This document shows, piece by piece, positions 13,197 to 26,673 of a DNA stretch of 64,000 nt. The translations under genes and the position numbers were made by a program. Origin of the DNA: Anolis carolinensis (taxonomy: Eukaryota); NCBI RefSeq assembly GCF_035594765.1, contig NC_085843.1, positions 43,973,955 through 44,037,954 of the forward strand, in the 5' to 3' direction. The notes beneath the pieces were generated by a model. It was not told the DNA's origin. It saw only the letters and a list, made by a program, of their open reading frames with translations, and did no database searches. Within the stretch, counting starts at the first letter, position 1, and each line of letters opens with the position of its first letter.

Positions 13197-14326
13197 CTTT
13201 ATTTAAAAACAACAATAACAACAAAAATCAATAGTTAAATACAGGCTAACATTTATTTAAGAACAGTTTTACTACTTTAAATCTAAAACTTCTGGAAGAA
13301 AAATCTAAATTAAATAGGACAAAACACTGCAGTCCTTTGCATGTTACCTGGACATAATTCCTGGTGTATTCAGTGATGCTCACTTGTGCTAAGAAGTTAT
13401 AAGATGGTAGCTTAAAAGCAGCTTCCTCACCAGTTCCAAGCTGAATTCTGACTTTGCAACAATGGAAATGGAGGGATGGGGAGGTCCTACTGTTATCTCT
13501 GATTACTGATCAGTAGACATCCTAAGACTTGGTTTACACTGTCAGCCTCACAGTCAAAGAATTTGCCTAATTTTTAGTCTTTTTTCTTTGCTTCTTCTCC
13601 CATTATCTGATTCTAGAGAAGTTCAAGTGTTGCACAGATATGCAGCATTCTTATTGGTCCTAATAGTTATTGTTCAATATTTTTATAACAAATAAGTACT
13701 ATCTTTGTTTTATTGCTGTAATCCTGTTAGAAACAGTGTCTCTATTTGAACACAGGAGAATACTTTCTCAAGAAACCTTATTGGTCTGCTTTATTCAGAT
13801 ATTACAGGTGGCCCTCGACATCTGTAGATTTCACTGGCCATGCTTTTACTCTGTGAAGCTGTGTTGTAGTGAATGTTAATTAATCTGTTGTGATTGTTAT
13901 GTATTTTATATTGTTGTATTTTATACTATGTATTTTATACCGCTGTATTTTATTGTATGTTGTTGGGCTTGGTCCCCATGCGAGCTGCCCCGGGTCCCCT
14001 TGGGCAGATGGGGCGGGATAAAAAATAAAGTTGTTGTTGTTATTATTATTATTATTATTATTATTGCTACTTTGATTGTTCATGGATTAGATTAATAAAT
14101 AATAACCAAGAATCTCTAGGTCCTCCACTACAAATCAATGGTCACTACAGAGTTGCACTGGGGACCTAGAGATTTCTAGAGAGCACACTTTTCAAGGTAT
14201 TTATAGGTCTTCCAGAATGCTTCTATTGGAAGCTGACCACAGAACTCTGCTGGAGGACCTAGGAAAATGGTGGCTTTACCACTTTCACATCTGAATAATT
14301 CGTCAAAAAATTTCTTAATAGCAAAC

Positions 14327-14430
14327 CTTCTAGCACCACATCGCATCTTCGTAGAGAGAACAAAGCATTATTACTTTCGGCATCCTTTGAGTAGTTTTGG
14401 TTGTTTGGCTTTCTCCGATATCTTTCATAT
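14327..14430 (-). CDS. SENP7: SENP7 exon 7
   Basis: ttctgcccag acceptor, GAAG|GTTTGC donor; supplies the required phase 2-1 link between exons 6 and 8; low sequence conservation. Confidence 0.65.
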
Positions 14431-15526
14431 CTGGGCAGAAAAACATCAAAATGTAAATATCCCCCATATTTCAAGCATGATAGTTTTTACAGGTATTCCT
14501 TAATGTCACAACTATCCATTGGACTTGTAGATTTCTAAAGCCTCACTTAATTTAATGTATTTGTCCCCAAACAAATCTCAACAAGACTCCTAGTTCTTGC
14601 CAAAATTCACGTCAGAGTTGTAAAATTAAATGTCAATGTAAATATGTCCAATGGTCAGATCTGTAAGAATTTCGATAATATGAGTCTAACACCCCCCCCC
14701 ACCCCCTTATTTTTGTTTGCACTACAAGGAAAGAATGAAAAGATGACTGGAGATATTTTTCTGCTTTCCTTTATGTTAGTTAGTATATACACAGACATTA
14801 ATGCTTCAATCCCAGTTACTGGTGACTAACCACCTCATTACACAGGGCTAACTTCAGTGGCATGCCCTGGTCACCCACCGAGCCAGCCAGCTCCCATCAC
14901 ATGATGCCATGCTGGCTCCATGGGTGAAGGAGGGCGGAGCCGGTGGATGATGCAGGCAGGGCATACATGGAAGGACTCTTGAGTTGCCATGGCAATGCAT
15001 GGGGGGAAGCCACAAGCTCACGCTTCCCCACATCTGATCGCCCTTGGCTGGAGTTAGGCAATGCAGGGCATGGGGCGTCGGATTACCCACACCCCTATAC
15101 GAAGTGGAGTGACCTCGGCAGCCATCTGATGAGGTCGTAAGTACCATTGGACACATTTATATTGATACCTAGGCCTAATTTTCAAGGAGATAAAAAAAAC
15201 TGAGTTTGAATCATACCTCTTCAGATGATGGATAGCTCATATGACTAAAGGCTCCTCCATTGTAAAATATCTTTTTTAAAGGAAAACAGATATTGGAAGG
15301 TAGATCATATCTTACACTAATTATTAATGTGCATATTTTCCAAATAAAAGAAACAATTCTGGCCTAAATTTTGTTATTAATTTAAAATAAAATGCAGTAA
15401 ATCAATTTGAAATTTGGATTTTGGAGGATGACTAGGACACTTTAAATTAATTCCATCAGATTGTTGGATAACATATTTTCCCTTCATAGAGGCTATGACA
15501 TATTTTAGGTGAACACCTATGATAAA

Positions 15527-15835
15527 AGGTTAAAGGTTTTCCTCTGAAATTAAGTCTAGTCATGTCCGGCTCTGAACCCCCAGTGGCGTAGCGGATTAAA
15601 CCACTGAGCTACTGAACTTGCTGGCCAAAAGGTCAGCGGTTCAAATCTGGGGAGAGGAATGACCTCCCACTGTTAGCCCCAGCTTCTGCTAACCCAGCAG
15701 CTCAAAAACCGCTCTGGCGGAAAGGTAACGGCACTGCATGAGGTCATGCCAACCACATGACCTTGGAGGTGTCTTCGGACAACGCCAACTCTTTGGCTTA
15801 GAAATGGAGATGAGCACCAATCCCCAGAGTCAGAA
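15527..15835. mobile_element. Sauria SINE fragments in opposite orientations
   Basis: tRNA-like head, GGCTTAGAAATGGAGATGAGCACC core and inverted AAGGT tail; homologous to 22380-22710. Confidence 0.7.
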
Positions 15836-17033
15836 CACCTATGATAGCCATTTTTAATGTATTTTAATTATCTTACAGGGTATATGTTTTAATGTTAATG
15901 CATGTTATTAGTGTCATAATGTCTATTGGATTATTTTATATTATTTTAATTCTTTTGCTATAAGTTTGCTTTAGTGGCTTTTTTAGCTCAAAACTTTCCA
16001 TGTTGTACTGTAGTACACAAAATAAGATGGTTCATATGTTCAGTGCATCCAGGCAATGCCTGGATTCTATAGGAGACAACCAAGAATAAGAGTCATAATC
16101 ATGATCACCCAAGTTTTTGTGGCATGTCCAAAGCTATGTTCTGTGCAAATACTTGGTCTGAAAAGTATGTCATTATTCTAGCATTAATAATAACCCAACC
16201 AAAGTTAGCATCTACAAAATACTTTCTTCATCATTGCAAATTATAATTCCGCTCCAAAATGTAAATGCATAGTTTGTGATGGAGTCAAATAGCAAGAGAT
16301 CCATTACAGTAGTGTTAGACAGAACTCTGAATTTTCCTTAACATTCAAATATCACAATTAACAGATACTTTAATATCAAATAAAGAGTATAATTAGCTTT
16401 TTAAAGGAAAGCACCATATTCCCTTTAAAATGTATTTGTTAATATATTTCGTTTTCCTTTCTAAAAATTGCACTGAAAAAAACAGTCCCAAGAAACAAAA
16501 TTGTATTCTTTATTTCAATGTCAATGTTTTCACAATAGATTTATTTGACTCCAGGAAAAAAACATGCTCCACAGGATTTCAAATGTCCCCATAAAGGTTC
16601 AAAAGGAATAGCATCTTCATTTGCTTCCAATTTTGAAGTAGTGCAATACAGGGGGACAAAAGGATGTACAGAAAACTAAACTTGCTATTCAACTCAAATA
16701 AACAAGCTTATGAAAGCTTAAAGTAAGAAGCACTCGTTAAACACATGTTTAATTTTTTACTATGTATCTTCTGTTCTGTTCTGTTCTGTTTTCTATTTTC
16801 TATTCTGTCTGCCCATTTTCACAAATTCTGCAAGCATATTGAACACAAAGCTATTCTTAACTTAATTTAAAATGACAGTTGGGAATCTCTGTATATATTC
16901 TTTGATAATCTTACTCTTAAAACATTTTGATTATCTAGAAACTGTTTTCTCCCAGACATCATACTATTAAAGAAAACCATGGATTCCCATTTTCCGAATA
17001 TTTTATGAAAAAGGAAACCATTATTAAACATTA

Positions 17034-17372
17034 CAGTAAAGTTTCGCTTATCCAACCTTTGCTTATCCAACATTCTATATTATCCAACGCATTCTGCCTT
17101 TTAGTAGTCAGTGTTTTTGTAGTGTTTTCAACACATTGCGATGTTTTTGTGCTAAATTCGTAAATACAGTAATTACTACATATCGTTACTATGTATTGAA
17201 CTGCTCTTTCTGTTGATTTGTTGTAAAACATGATGTTTTGGTGCTTAATTTGTAAAATCATAACATAATTTGACATTTAATAGGCTTTTCCTTAATCCTT
17301 CCTTATTATCCAACATTTTCGCTTATCCAACGTTGTGCTGGCCCTTTATGTTGGATAAGCAAGACTCTACTG
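17034..17372. mobile_element. Tigger-like MITE
   Basis: TIRs CAGTA(A/G)AGT.TCGCTTATCCAAC, TA TSD. Confidence 0.8.
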
Positions 17373-18690
17373 TACTTATTTTGAATGTGGCTAATCCAAA
17401 GTTATGATGAGAACTGAAAGCCCAATTCAACTGCAATATAAAAAAACTCTACATTAATGTTATATCACACAATTAGCAGCATTGCTGGCAGGCATCTGAC
17501 ATAACAGTTCAGGGCTTTAGGTTGATGTCCACTATTGGCCTTCCCTCTTTTCATGCTTTTTTCCCAGTCGGTTGTTATTTTTGACAAGTACTTTCAGAAA
17601 TGTCAAAAACCCTACCCTTTTCAAAGCAATCCATAGACTCCTTTCTGAATTTAAAAAAAAAATGGTTTAAGATTGTAAGACCAAAAAGAAGTGTCATGTA
17701 GGATTAGAAGTCCCACAATGTCCACAAACTTGTCCTTGGAAAACCCATCACCAGAATGTGGCTGTACTTCCAGTAAATGGTGCAGAGGCATACTGATGCA
17801 TAAGCATCCCAGATATTAGCCATTTGCCAGCCCTAACCTGCATAAAGATGTTCGGTACCCTACATGTAGTTTAACTGCATGCTTCCTGAAATATACTGCC
17901 TTCAGCTTCATTTACTTACAAATATTTATTTACTTAGATTCAGGACGTTGTTCATCAATATACAAATACCCAATATTCCAAGAAATAGCTATTAATTTGG
18001 ACTAACAAAGAAGGCTTGTGCCATTTTAGTAGGTGTGTATATTCCAGGTGTAGTAAATGATCCCAACACAAAATGGATAAAGGGAACAGATTTATCTGTT
18101 ATGAATATCCCATGGTACAGTTTCTTCAGATGACTTGATGAGAGAAGAAAAGCTCTTCCCTGTCTCTTTTCCCCAATTATGTGTAATTTCCTTACCTCTA
18201 TTATGTCTCCCTAACTTGTTTTTATTTGATTACTCTTTTCTGAATCTTTCTCCAATTCTACAATATTCTCTTTTATGGTGACCAATACTGCATATAGTTT
18301 TCAAGATAAAATTCAACTATAGGTTTCTATAAGGACAGTATTATATTGACAGTAATATTTCAAAATCCTTTCCTAATCATGTTCAACATAAAATTTCCCC
18401 ATTCATTTGCTTCCAGTTTTGAAGCAGTGCAATACAGGAGGACAAAAGCAGCATACACTGAGTTGACATTTTCACATGGAAATCATCATGAGATTCCTTC
18501 ATGATCAGCTACAGCCAGCTAATACCCCATCAGTGTTTATATTTTCAATTACTGGTTTTGACTGAACGTTAGAAGGAATAGTGAGAGCAGTTCAGCAATG
18601 GAGCTGATTGCCTTAGTGAGATGGTGACGTCCCATCTCTAGATGTCTTCAAAAAGAGGTTGGACAGCTACCTGCTGGGGATGCTATAGCT

Positions 18691-18825
18691 CAGTGGTTCT
18701 CAACCTGGGGTTCCCAGATGTTTTTGGCCTACAATTCCAAGAAATCCCAGCCAGTTTACCAGCTGTTAGGATTTCTGGGAATTGAAGGTCAAAAACATCT
18801 GGGGACCCCAGGTTGAGAACTACTG
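18691..18825. mobile_element. Palindromic hAT MITE inserted in a CR1 3' remnant
   Basis: CAGTGGTTCTCAACC TIRs; 8-bp TSD CTATAGCT. Confidence 0.85.
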
Positions 18826-19879
18826 CTATAGCTGGAGATCCTGCAGACTGGACCCAATGTCTCAAAGAGCCCTTCAGACTCTATAATTTTATAAAGCTGG
18901 CACTGCACCCAACACATACACAATTTACCTCCACTGATTCTCACGTGACATTACACTGCCCATTCTCTTGGTTTGGGGAGATATTCCGATCCCTTTGCAA
19001 TCTATTTCCTAATAATTTAATGTTGTCAGTAACCTTAGCCGACATGTTTGTAATCCCCCTATAAAAGGTCAAATTGTCCTAGTATAAATCTTTTAGGACC
19101 CCCATCCTAACACTGTCCTCTATTTCAAAAACTATTTACACTTGCTTTCTGTTTTTTAACCAGTTTTTGATGCATAGGAGGAGTTGAAGTCTGTTCAGGA
19201 ACTTCTGAGTGGTATTCTAACAAAAGCCTTTCAAAGGTCCTATTAGAAAAACATTCACAAGACCATATCTGTCCACATGCTTATAAGACCTTTTCAAAGA
19301 ACAGTAAAATGTTGGCAAGACAGGACCTATTTTTGCAGAAATCATATTAATTCTATTTCAGCAAGGCTTGCATTTTATGTGCTCAATAAGTAGCTATACA
19401 TATAGTAAGCTGAACTCCGATATTCTTCTTCTTGATATGCTTAAATATAACTTCAGGCCCGGTATATATATGTAGAGACTTAAAGGATTCACATTTATCC
19501 ATATGAAGATACACCTCTGATTTAACCTTTCAAACAAATGCAGATAAAAGATGTTAAATCTGGGCAAATTCTTCAAAACATCCATGTGTTTCACAAAAAT
19601 CACTCTAAAACATGACTATGAATGAAAAGAGGTGCTAAAGGAGCATGCATATCTGCTCGCTGTCAGATATAAATAAAACCAGTTATCTCAAATGCCACTA
19701 ATTTCAGTTATGGAATTAAACATGTTTACACCTTTTTAAATCACTTAAAACTAGAAGTACTGTGGACTGTGCTTTACCATTATCATTCAAAAAATATTCC
19801 TGCATACACCAATTACAATCAGATACCAGTTTTATTTATAAGAATAAAAAAAATAAAAAGACTGTGCTGAACAACATAC

Positions 19880-20074
19880 CTTTTAGATAAAATACGTCTT
19901 TGTTGAGAGCTTATTTTTTTACATGAGTCTAGGCTGGCAATAGATGAGGAGGCTGGTTCACCTGATTGCAGCTTGTTAGCATCAGATAGATTAGCATCAG
20001 TTAAAAGATCCTTTTGCATGTATTTTCTTCCCATTTTCGTCCTCAGAACATTCGTCAACATAACTTTGGGTTGC
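19880..20074 (-). CDS. SENP7: SENP7 exon 6 (HP1-binding PxVxL motif PKVML)
   Basis: AG/GT boundaries, 195 nt, phase 2-2; QPKVMLTNVLRTKMGRKY similar to human RIPRVILTNVLGTELGRKY. Confidence 0.92.
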
Positions 20075-21444
20075 CTGCCGTACATATAATAATTAAAATT
20101 CTGAAATCCATCAAAGGAATGTTTGGTTTGGATGATTATATCACAGCTGTTTAAGGAATTCCAATTTTTATTAAGTGAAACTACCAAGAAGCTGACAACA
20201 ATGAGTGAAAACAGGAGATGACAAGTAAGTGAAGGGTCCCAATGGACAGATGAAGATCAGATCAACTAGAAATGTTAATGTTAATTTTAATTTGCCTTTG
20301 CCATTTTAGCTGTTGGCTTTTCATTTCATATCAAGAAAAACTCCAGCATGCATAAAGTTACATACTAAATAAACTAAGACACTGAATTCTGAAAATTAGA
20401 AAGGTATCTTTAATCAAAGTAGATCTCTATTTTTGCAGCCATCAGTTAAGCAGACTGTGAAATTATCTCAGCTATTATTTTACTTTCCACTTGGATGTAT
20501 TTTAACAGATTCTCCATCAGTATTCATTAAGATGTAGATGAAATCTATAGTTGTAATTTTAATACAAAGAGAAATTGCTCTCCAATTTTCCATATGAATT
20601 TGGGGGATCCTTGACAAGATGCTTTTAGATGCCTCAAAGACAACCTGTTCTCCTCCCTGTGGCCCCCTGCCAAAGTCCCGACTAATCCTAGCCAAGCCTC
20701 TTTGATCTAACTAGCATCCAGCGCTCAAAGGGAGTGTGTAAGGCAAGTAGAAACTGCTGCTCCAATTTCTTGCCACTGCTTCTTTAATTAGAGAGTGGAT
20801 AAAAGGTAAGGAAGAGGACAAGCAGGGCTGAGGCATTTTGAAAGAGGTACATTACAAAGGAATTTCAAGCACTGGTATGAGGCTGCTTTTAATCCTTATC
20901 AACCAATAAATTATTTTCATTCTCTGCACTCTTATAGAGATATCAAATGGCATTTTTAATGAAAAACACAATGTTCAGTTCTATACTGAAAGTCCTATGG
21001 AAGAGGAAAGAGGTTGATAAAAGAATGGGTAAGCCATTGATATGCCTTCTGGGCAAAGAGGAGAACTGAAGTAATAGCCCAAAGAGGATATTAAAAATGA
21101 GAGGAAAAACTGAAGTGTTTCCTTTCCTAGGATACAGAAGGATGTTAATATATACTGCTATTTAAGTGAATAAGAGGAGGAATTCACCAGGAGTGCAAAT
21201 AAATTAGTTTCACTGTTAGAAAGCAACTAATTTTGAGTCTCACAAGATATGCGAGTTGACAAATTCTTTCTCAACTGAAAAAAGATGTTCCAAAGATGCC
21301 TCATAACACTTTACTGAAAGTGAAAAATGGCTAATGACAACAGTGTAATATGGAATACCTATTCACGAAAAACATTAACATGCAATTTCTTTTAACAATA
21401 TTTAGGCAAAGCTGCCTGAAACAGTCAGACTTAGCAAAACATAC

Positions 21445-21642
21445 CTTTTAGATATAAAAAGGCTTTCATGAAGAGGACTGAATATTTGCCATATCTCTAC
21501 AGTGTCAACAGACGATGGGGTTTGTTGATCTGATTGCAACTTGACACCATGAGATAAATTAGCATCAGTTATAAGCTGTGTCTGTGTGTATTTTCTTCCT
21601 ACATCCGTCTTCAGGACATTCGTCAAGATAACTTTGGGTTGC
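21445..21642 (-). CDS. SENP7: SENP7 exon 5 (HP1-binding PxVxL motif PKVIL)
   Basis: AG/GT boundaries, 198 nt, phase 2-2; QPKVILTNVLKTDVGRKY similar to human QLKVMLTNVLWTDLGRKF. Confidence 0.92.
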
Positions 21643-22298
21643 CTGCCATACATATAATAATGATAACGATAAATAATGAAGTCTAAATAAGAGACATGAA
21701 TTCAGTGAAGTTTCCTATACTAATCCAAATGTTATATCCTCATTTTAGAATACTTCAACCAAAAACATGTACTGTATCTTACTATAATGGAAGAAGTTAA
21801 GTTTCTTCTTCATATAATATTTCTGCATATTCATCCTTGAGATAACTTTCCTCACTTCATATTTAGCATTTGGTCACTTCGATTTTCTTTAAAATGATGC
21901 TTGAGAATTATGCCTGAAAGGTTTATCAAGTCTTGTTTGGGCAACATCTGCATTTGTGCCATGTCCATATGCTATGCCTTAATTGAAAAATCATGAACAT
22001 ATAGGAATGTAGTAAAGTAAAGCTTAGACTGTCTGAGACACAAGATCCCTTTGTCATAGATAAATCCTGAAGAAGCCAGAGAAATCAAGAATTTAATGAG
22101 AACTTCCTTCTGTTAAAAAAAAAAAGAGAGGTCATGATGAAGAAAAAAAAAGAACTACAGTTCACAATTGCTGGTGGCTTGTGAACAGGTTGTGAAACAG
22201 TGAGCTTTTTGCTTTTGCTTTTTGGTGTATTTCTTTGCCAAGTACTTTGCATTTTTATATTGCCATTTGTTCAGATTTTTTTCTTTTTTATATAAATA

Positions 22299-24447
22299 CT
22301 AGCTGTGCCCGGCCACGCGTTGCTGTGGCGAAGTATGGTGGTATGGGAAATAAAGTATTGAGGAATTGGTGGTAGTTAAGGTCAAGGGTAAAGGTTTTCC
22401 CCAGACATTAAGTCCAGTCGTGTCTTACTCTGGAGGTTGGTGCTCATCTCCATTTCTAAGCCAAAGAGCCGGCGTTGTCCGTAGACTCCTCCAAGGTCAT
22501 GTGGGATGACTACATGGAGCGGCGTTACCTTCCCGCCGGAGCAGTACCTATTGATGCACTCACATTTGCATGTTTTCGAACTTCTGGGTTGGCAGAAGCT
22601 GGGGCTAACAGTGGGGGCTCTCTCCGCTCCCCCAATTCAAACCTGTGGCCTTTCGGTCCAGAAGTTCAGCAGCTCAGCGCTTTAACACGCTGCGCCATCA
22701 GGGGATATTATTTCCTAAAGGTTGTGAATATACAATATTTCTGATTGGGTTTTTTTGTTTGTTGGAGGCAACTATGAATGCTGCAATTAGGAAAAATGAT
22801 TAGGATGTAATGGCCTTGCAGCTTTAAAGCCTGGCTGTTTCCTCCTTGAGTGAATTTTTTGTTGGGAGGTGTTAGCTGGCCCTGATTGTTTCCTGTCTGG
22901 AATTCCCTTGTTTTCAGAGTGGTGTTGTTTGCGATATTTTATGTGCTTCTACTGTCTGTGGCCCTGAGAAAACAGAGGATTTTCCAGACTTTGATGATGG
23001 GAATACTTTGTTGGGAGGTGTTAGCTGGCCCTGATTGTTTCCTGTCTGGAATTCCCTTGTTTTCAGAGTGGTGATGTTTGCGATATTTTATGTGCTTCTA
23101 CTGTCTGTGGCCCTGAGAAAACAGGATTTGCCAGACTTTGATGATGGGAATACTTTGTTGGGAGGTGTTAGCTGGCCCTGATTGTTTCCTGTGTGGAATT
23201 CCCCTGTTTATTTACTGTCCTGGTTTTAGAGATTATATTGTTCTGCATTATTCTATCCCAGTAATTATTTCATATTAAAGAAGAATCTCACTTATCCAAC
23301 ATTCGCTTATACAATGTTCTGGATTATCCAACGCAGTCTGCCTTTTCATAATCAATGTTTTTGTAGTCAGTATTTTAAATTCATTGTGATATTTTAGTGG
23401 GAAATTTGTAAATACAGTACAGTAGAGTCTCACTTATCCAACATAAACGGGCCGGCAGAACGTTGGATAAGCGAATATGTTGGATAATGAGGAATTAAGG
23501 ATAACCCTATTAAACATCAAATTAAGCTATGATTTTACAAATTAAGCACCAAAACATCATGTTAGACAACAAATTTGTCAGAAAAAGTAGTTCAGTACAC
23601 AGTAATGCTATATAGTAATTACTGTATTTATGAATTTAGCACCAAAATATCACGATATATTGAAAGCATTGACTACAAAAATGCGTTGGATAATCCAGAA
23701 CGTTGGATAAACGAGTGTTGGATAAGTGAGACTCTACTGTAAATACTACATAGCATTACTGCGCATGGAACTACTTTTTCTGTCAAATTTGTTGTATAAT
23801 ATGATGTTTTGGTGCTTAATTTGTATAACGATTACCTAATTTGATGTTTAATTGGCTTTTCCTGAATCCCTTCTTATTATCCAACATATTCACTTATCCT
23901 GCCGGCCTGTTTACGTTGGATAAGTGAGACTCTACTGTATATTTCTAATCTTATATTATCTGCTCAGAACTGGATTATATGAGGCTCCTTCTTCACAGCT
24001 GTATAAAATGCACACTGAAGTGGATTATATGGTAGTGTGGAGTCAAGATAATACAGTGCAAAGCAGATAATATAAGATTATAAATGGGTTATATAGCTGT
24101 GTTGAAGGGCCTTGAGTCTACACTGCCATATAATCCAGTGCAAATTAGATAATCTCTGGAAGAAGTCTAAGTGAGGCCTAAATCTGCCTGTCCCCTAACT
24201 GAAACCTGGCTGTCCCTTGGTTGCTAGGCAACCAAGTGGGCAGAGATTAGCCCTCTAAACTGGCAGCAATTAGATAAAAAAAATTATTGCTCTCCCTCTA
24301 ATTAGGACTTTATTTTTCTTTTCTTTTTGTTGTATCAACCTTGAGGCGTGGATGATGGGTTGTGTTGTCAAATTTTGAGGTTGGGGGGCCTGTACTTTTG
24401 TTGTTTTGTGAATCGCCGTGATGCCATCACTCTTTTATATATATAGA
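22299..24447 (-). mobile_element. Non-autonomous composite Helitron
   Basis: On minus strand: 5' TC(TATATATATAAAAGAGTGATGGC), 3' hairpin GCCACAGCAACGCGTGGC then CTAG; inserted between A and T with no TSD; same termini as 48078-50502. Confidence 0.88.
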
Positions 24448-25444
24448 TGGACATTTTAGCTGTTTTTGGTTTTTGGTTTTCTCTCTCTCCCTTTTTGATC
24501 CTTTTTAAATCTTAGTTTTCCCACTTTCTATACAATCAAATCTTCTCACTCTTTCAATGTTAATTTACTCTATCTTATAAGGCAAAACTTCAATAAAAAA
24601 TATATATTAAAAAAAAAGAATTTAATGAGAACCATCTAGTCCAAAATAATAGCCAGAAGTGGCAAAGCCGGAGTTTCTTCTTCTGGGTCCAGTTCAACAC
24701 AAATGAAGATAAAGGAACTTTTATCTTACCTGTGATAAATTCATTTTCATCTGACAGGGGAGAAATATCCTACAGGATTGGGGGTTCCTTTCACTCACTC
24801 CAGATAGACCGAAAATTATGTGAGAGAACTATGCTTAGAAATGAAGAAATGAATGCTCCAGAGGTAGAGAAAACCTTTAATAATTTATTAGCATATAAAC
24901 CTAAACAGATATGAAGCCAGGTAAGTCTGAGGTATAACTGCTTCTTACGGGCAAGAGCCATGTACAATCTAACATCTTTGCATGTCAGCACCTCAAAGGA
25001 TGGGAAGGACATTAGTTCCTTGTCTGCTGAAAATGTAAGAAAAATGTTCTTTTTCCAGTGGACAAAAGGAGTAATGTCCAAAAATATTGGGATTTGTCAG
25101 AGCTTCCCACATTAGAGTGAATGGTGCTGGATCCCAATATTCTTGGTTTTTACTGCCTACTGTAGGACCCTGTTATCAAAGCCAATATCACCTGATTAAA
25201 GGTAGTTGAGCTTATAGTGATGACAGGCGGCCTACACGTGGCAGCACTGGAGATTTCTGTTAGAAGAACATTAGTGGACAACACTGCTGTTGTAGCCCCA
25301 TTCCTAGTGGAGTGCCTAACTATATTCCTTAGAGGTGGAATTTCCAGGGAGTCATAGCAGGTTATAATGCAGGGTCTGTTCCACCTATGTGGCTTGAAGA
25401 CAAATGGCTTCGGTGAAGCAAAAACTGATTGTCATTTTCAGATA

Positions 25445-26396
25445 TGAGGTATAACAAAAAGTAATGAGACTGATTTTATTTTAACCATGAGTTTTATTCT
25501 GTGTCCAAATCAAGATTATCCCCTTCAAAGTAGTTTTCTTGGGCAGCTACACAGTGAAAGGCATTGTTTCCATTGTTTGTAGAAGAGCTAGGAGGCTTCT
25601 CCTGGAACTCTGAATATTATCCAAAGTATCATAATAGTGCTCTCTCAGGTAATTTTTGAGCTTGGAAAGTAAAAAGAAGTAACAGGGATTGAGGTTTGTC
25701 TAACAAGGAGGCTGGGGAACCATGGGAATGCCTTTTTCTGCCAAAAATTCATTAATAGAGATTGCCATCCAACACAGGGAGTTGTTGTGGTGCAACATCC
25801 AAGTTCATGTAATGCCTGGTTGCACACGTACCACCCTTTTCCTGTGGCTTTCAAGGATTCCTGATAAAAAGTTTGATTGACACTTTGTCTTGGAGGCAAA
25901 AATTCCTTGTTGATGATCCTGTCAAAAAAATGAGTTTGATTGACACTTTGTCAACGATCTTACATCAGAGTCCTCATGCTTTCCACATTGTTGTCCGTTT
26001 TTGAGTTTGAAGATCTCCTTGCACGAGATTCATCTTCCATTTATTCTTTGCCCTCTAAAAAGGCTTTGTTGCATCTGAACTTGTGGCCTGAATGACGAAA
26101 GCCTTCCAGAAACCCTTTGTAATTTTTCAGAAGTCACAACAGCGGATTTGCCAAGCTTTACACAAAATTTGATAGCACAACGTTGCTCTAATTTTTGCCA
26201 GTCCATTTTGTAATGCACCTCACAAACACAAAGTCACATCAGGCACTTTTAACAATTGCATAGCAACTGCAACCAAGTTTAAACTTGTACTGAGTTTACG
26301 GCAGGAGTTACCCTAATTGCCACGTGAAGGGAGAGCTAACAATTCGTTGGTTTGTGCACAACATTGCCAGTCTCATTACTTTTCTGTCGTACCTCT
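25445..26396 (-). mobile_element. Decayed mariner transposon (transposase pseudogene)
   Basis: TIRs TGAGGTATAACAAAAAGTAATGAGACTG and reverse complement, TA flanks; remnant LEQRCAIKFCVKLGKSA helix-turn-helix start. Confidence 0.85.
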
Positions 26397-26673
26397 TATA
26401 TGCAGAGCACCTGCAGGCATTCAAGTTGCACTATATCTTTTTCAATTCTTTCGATGGCCAAGGGCTGAAGGGTGAGAGGACTACTTCCTGTAACCTATGG
26501 AAGGCGAAATATACACTGGGAATGAAAACTGGCCACCACAGAGTCAGAATGAATGATAGAGAGATCTTTGTGCACTGGCAGGGTACCTAGCTGTGGCTGT
26601 CTGTTTAGCAAGGTAACAGCAGTCAGGGGGAAAATCTTACAGAATAGGTGCTTTAGAAAGCATTCCCGTAGAT

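Noticed and set aside
13530-13660. Purine-rich candidate for SENP7 exon 7
   Set aside because: Stops in the required frame; 14327-14430 fits the phases better
15575-15680. tRNA-like sequence
   Set aside because: Degenerate tRNA-derived head of a Sauria SINE, not a tRNA gene
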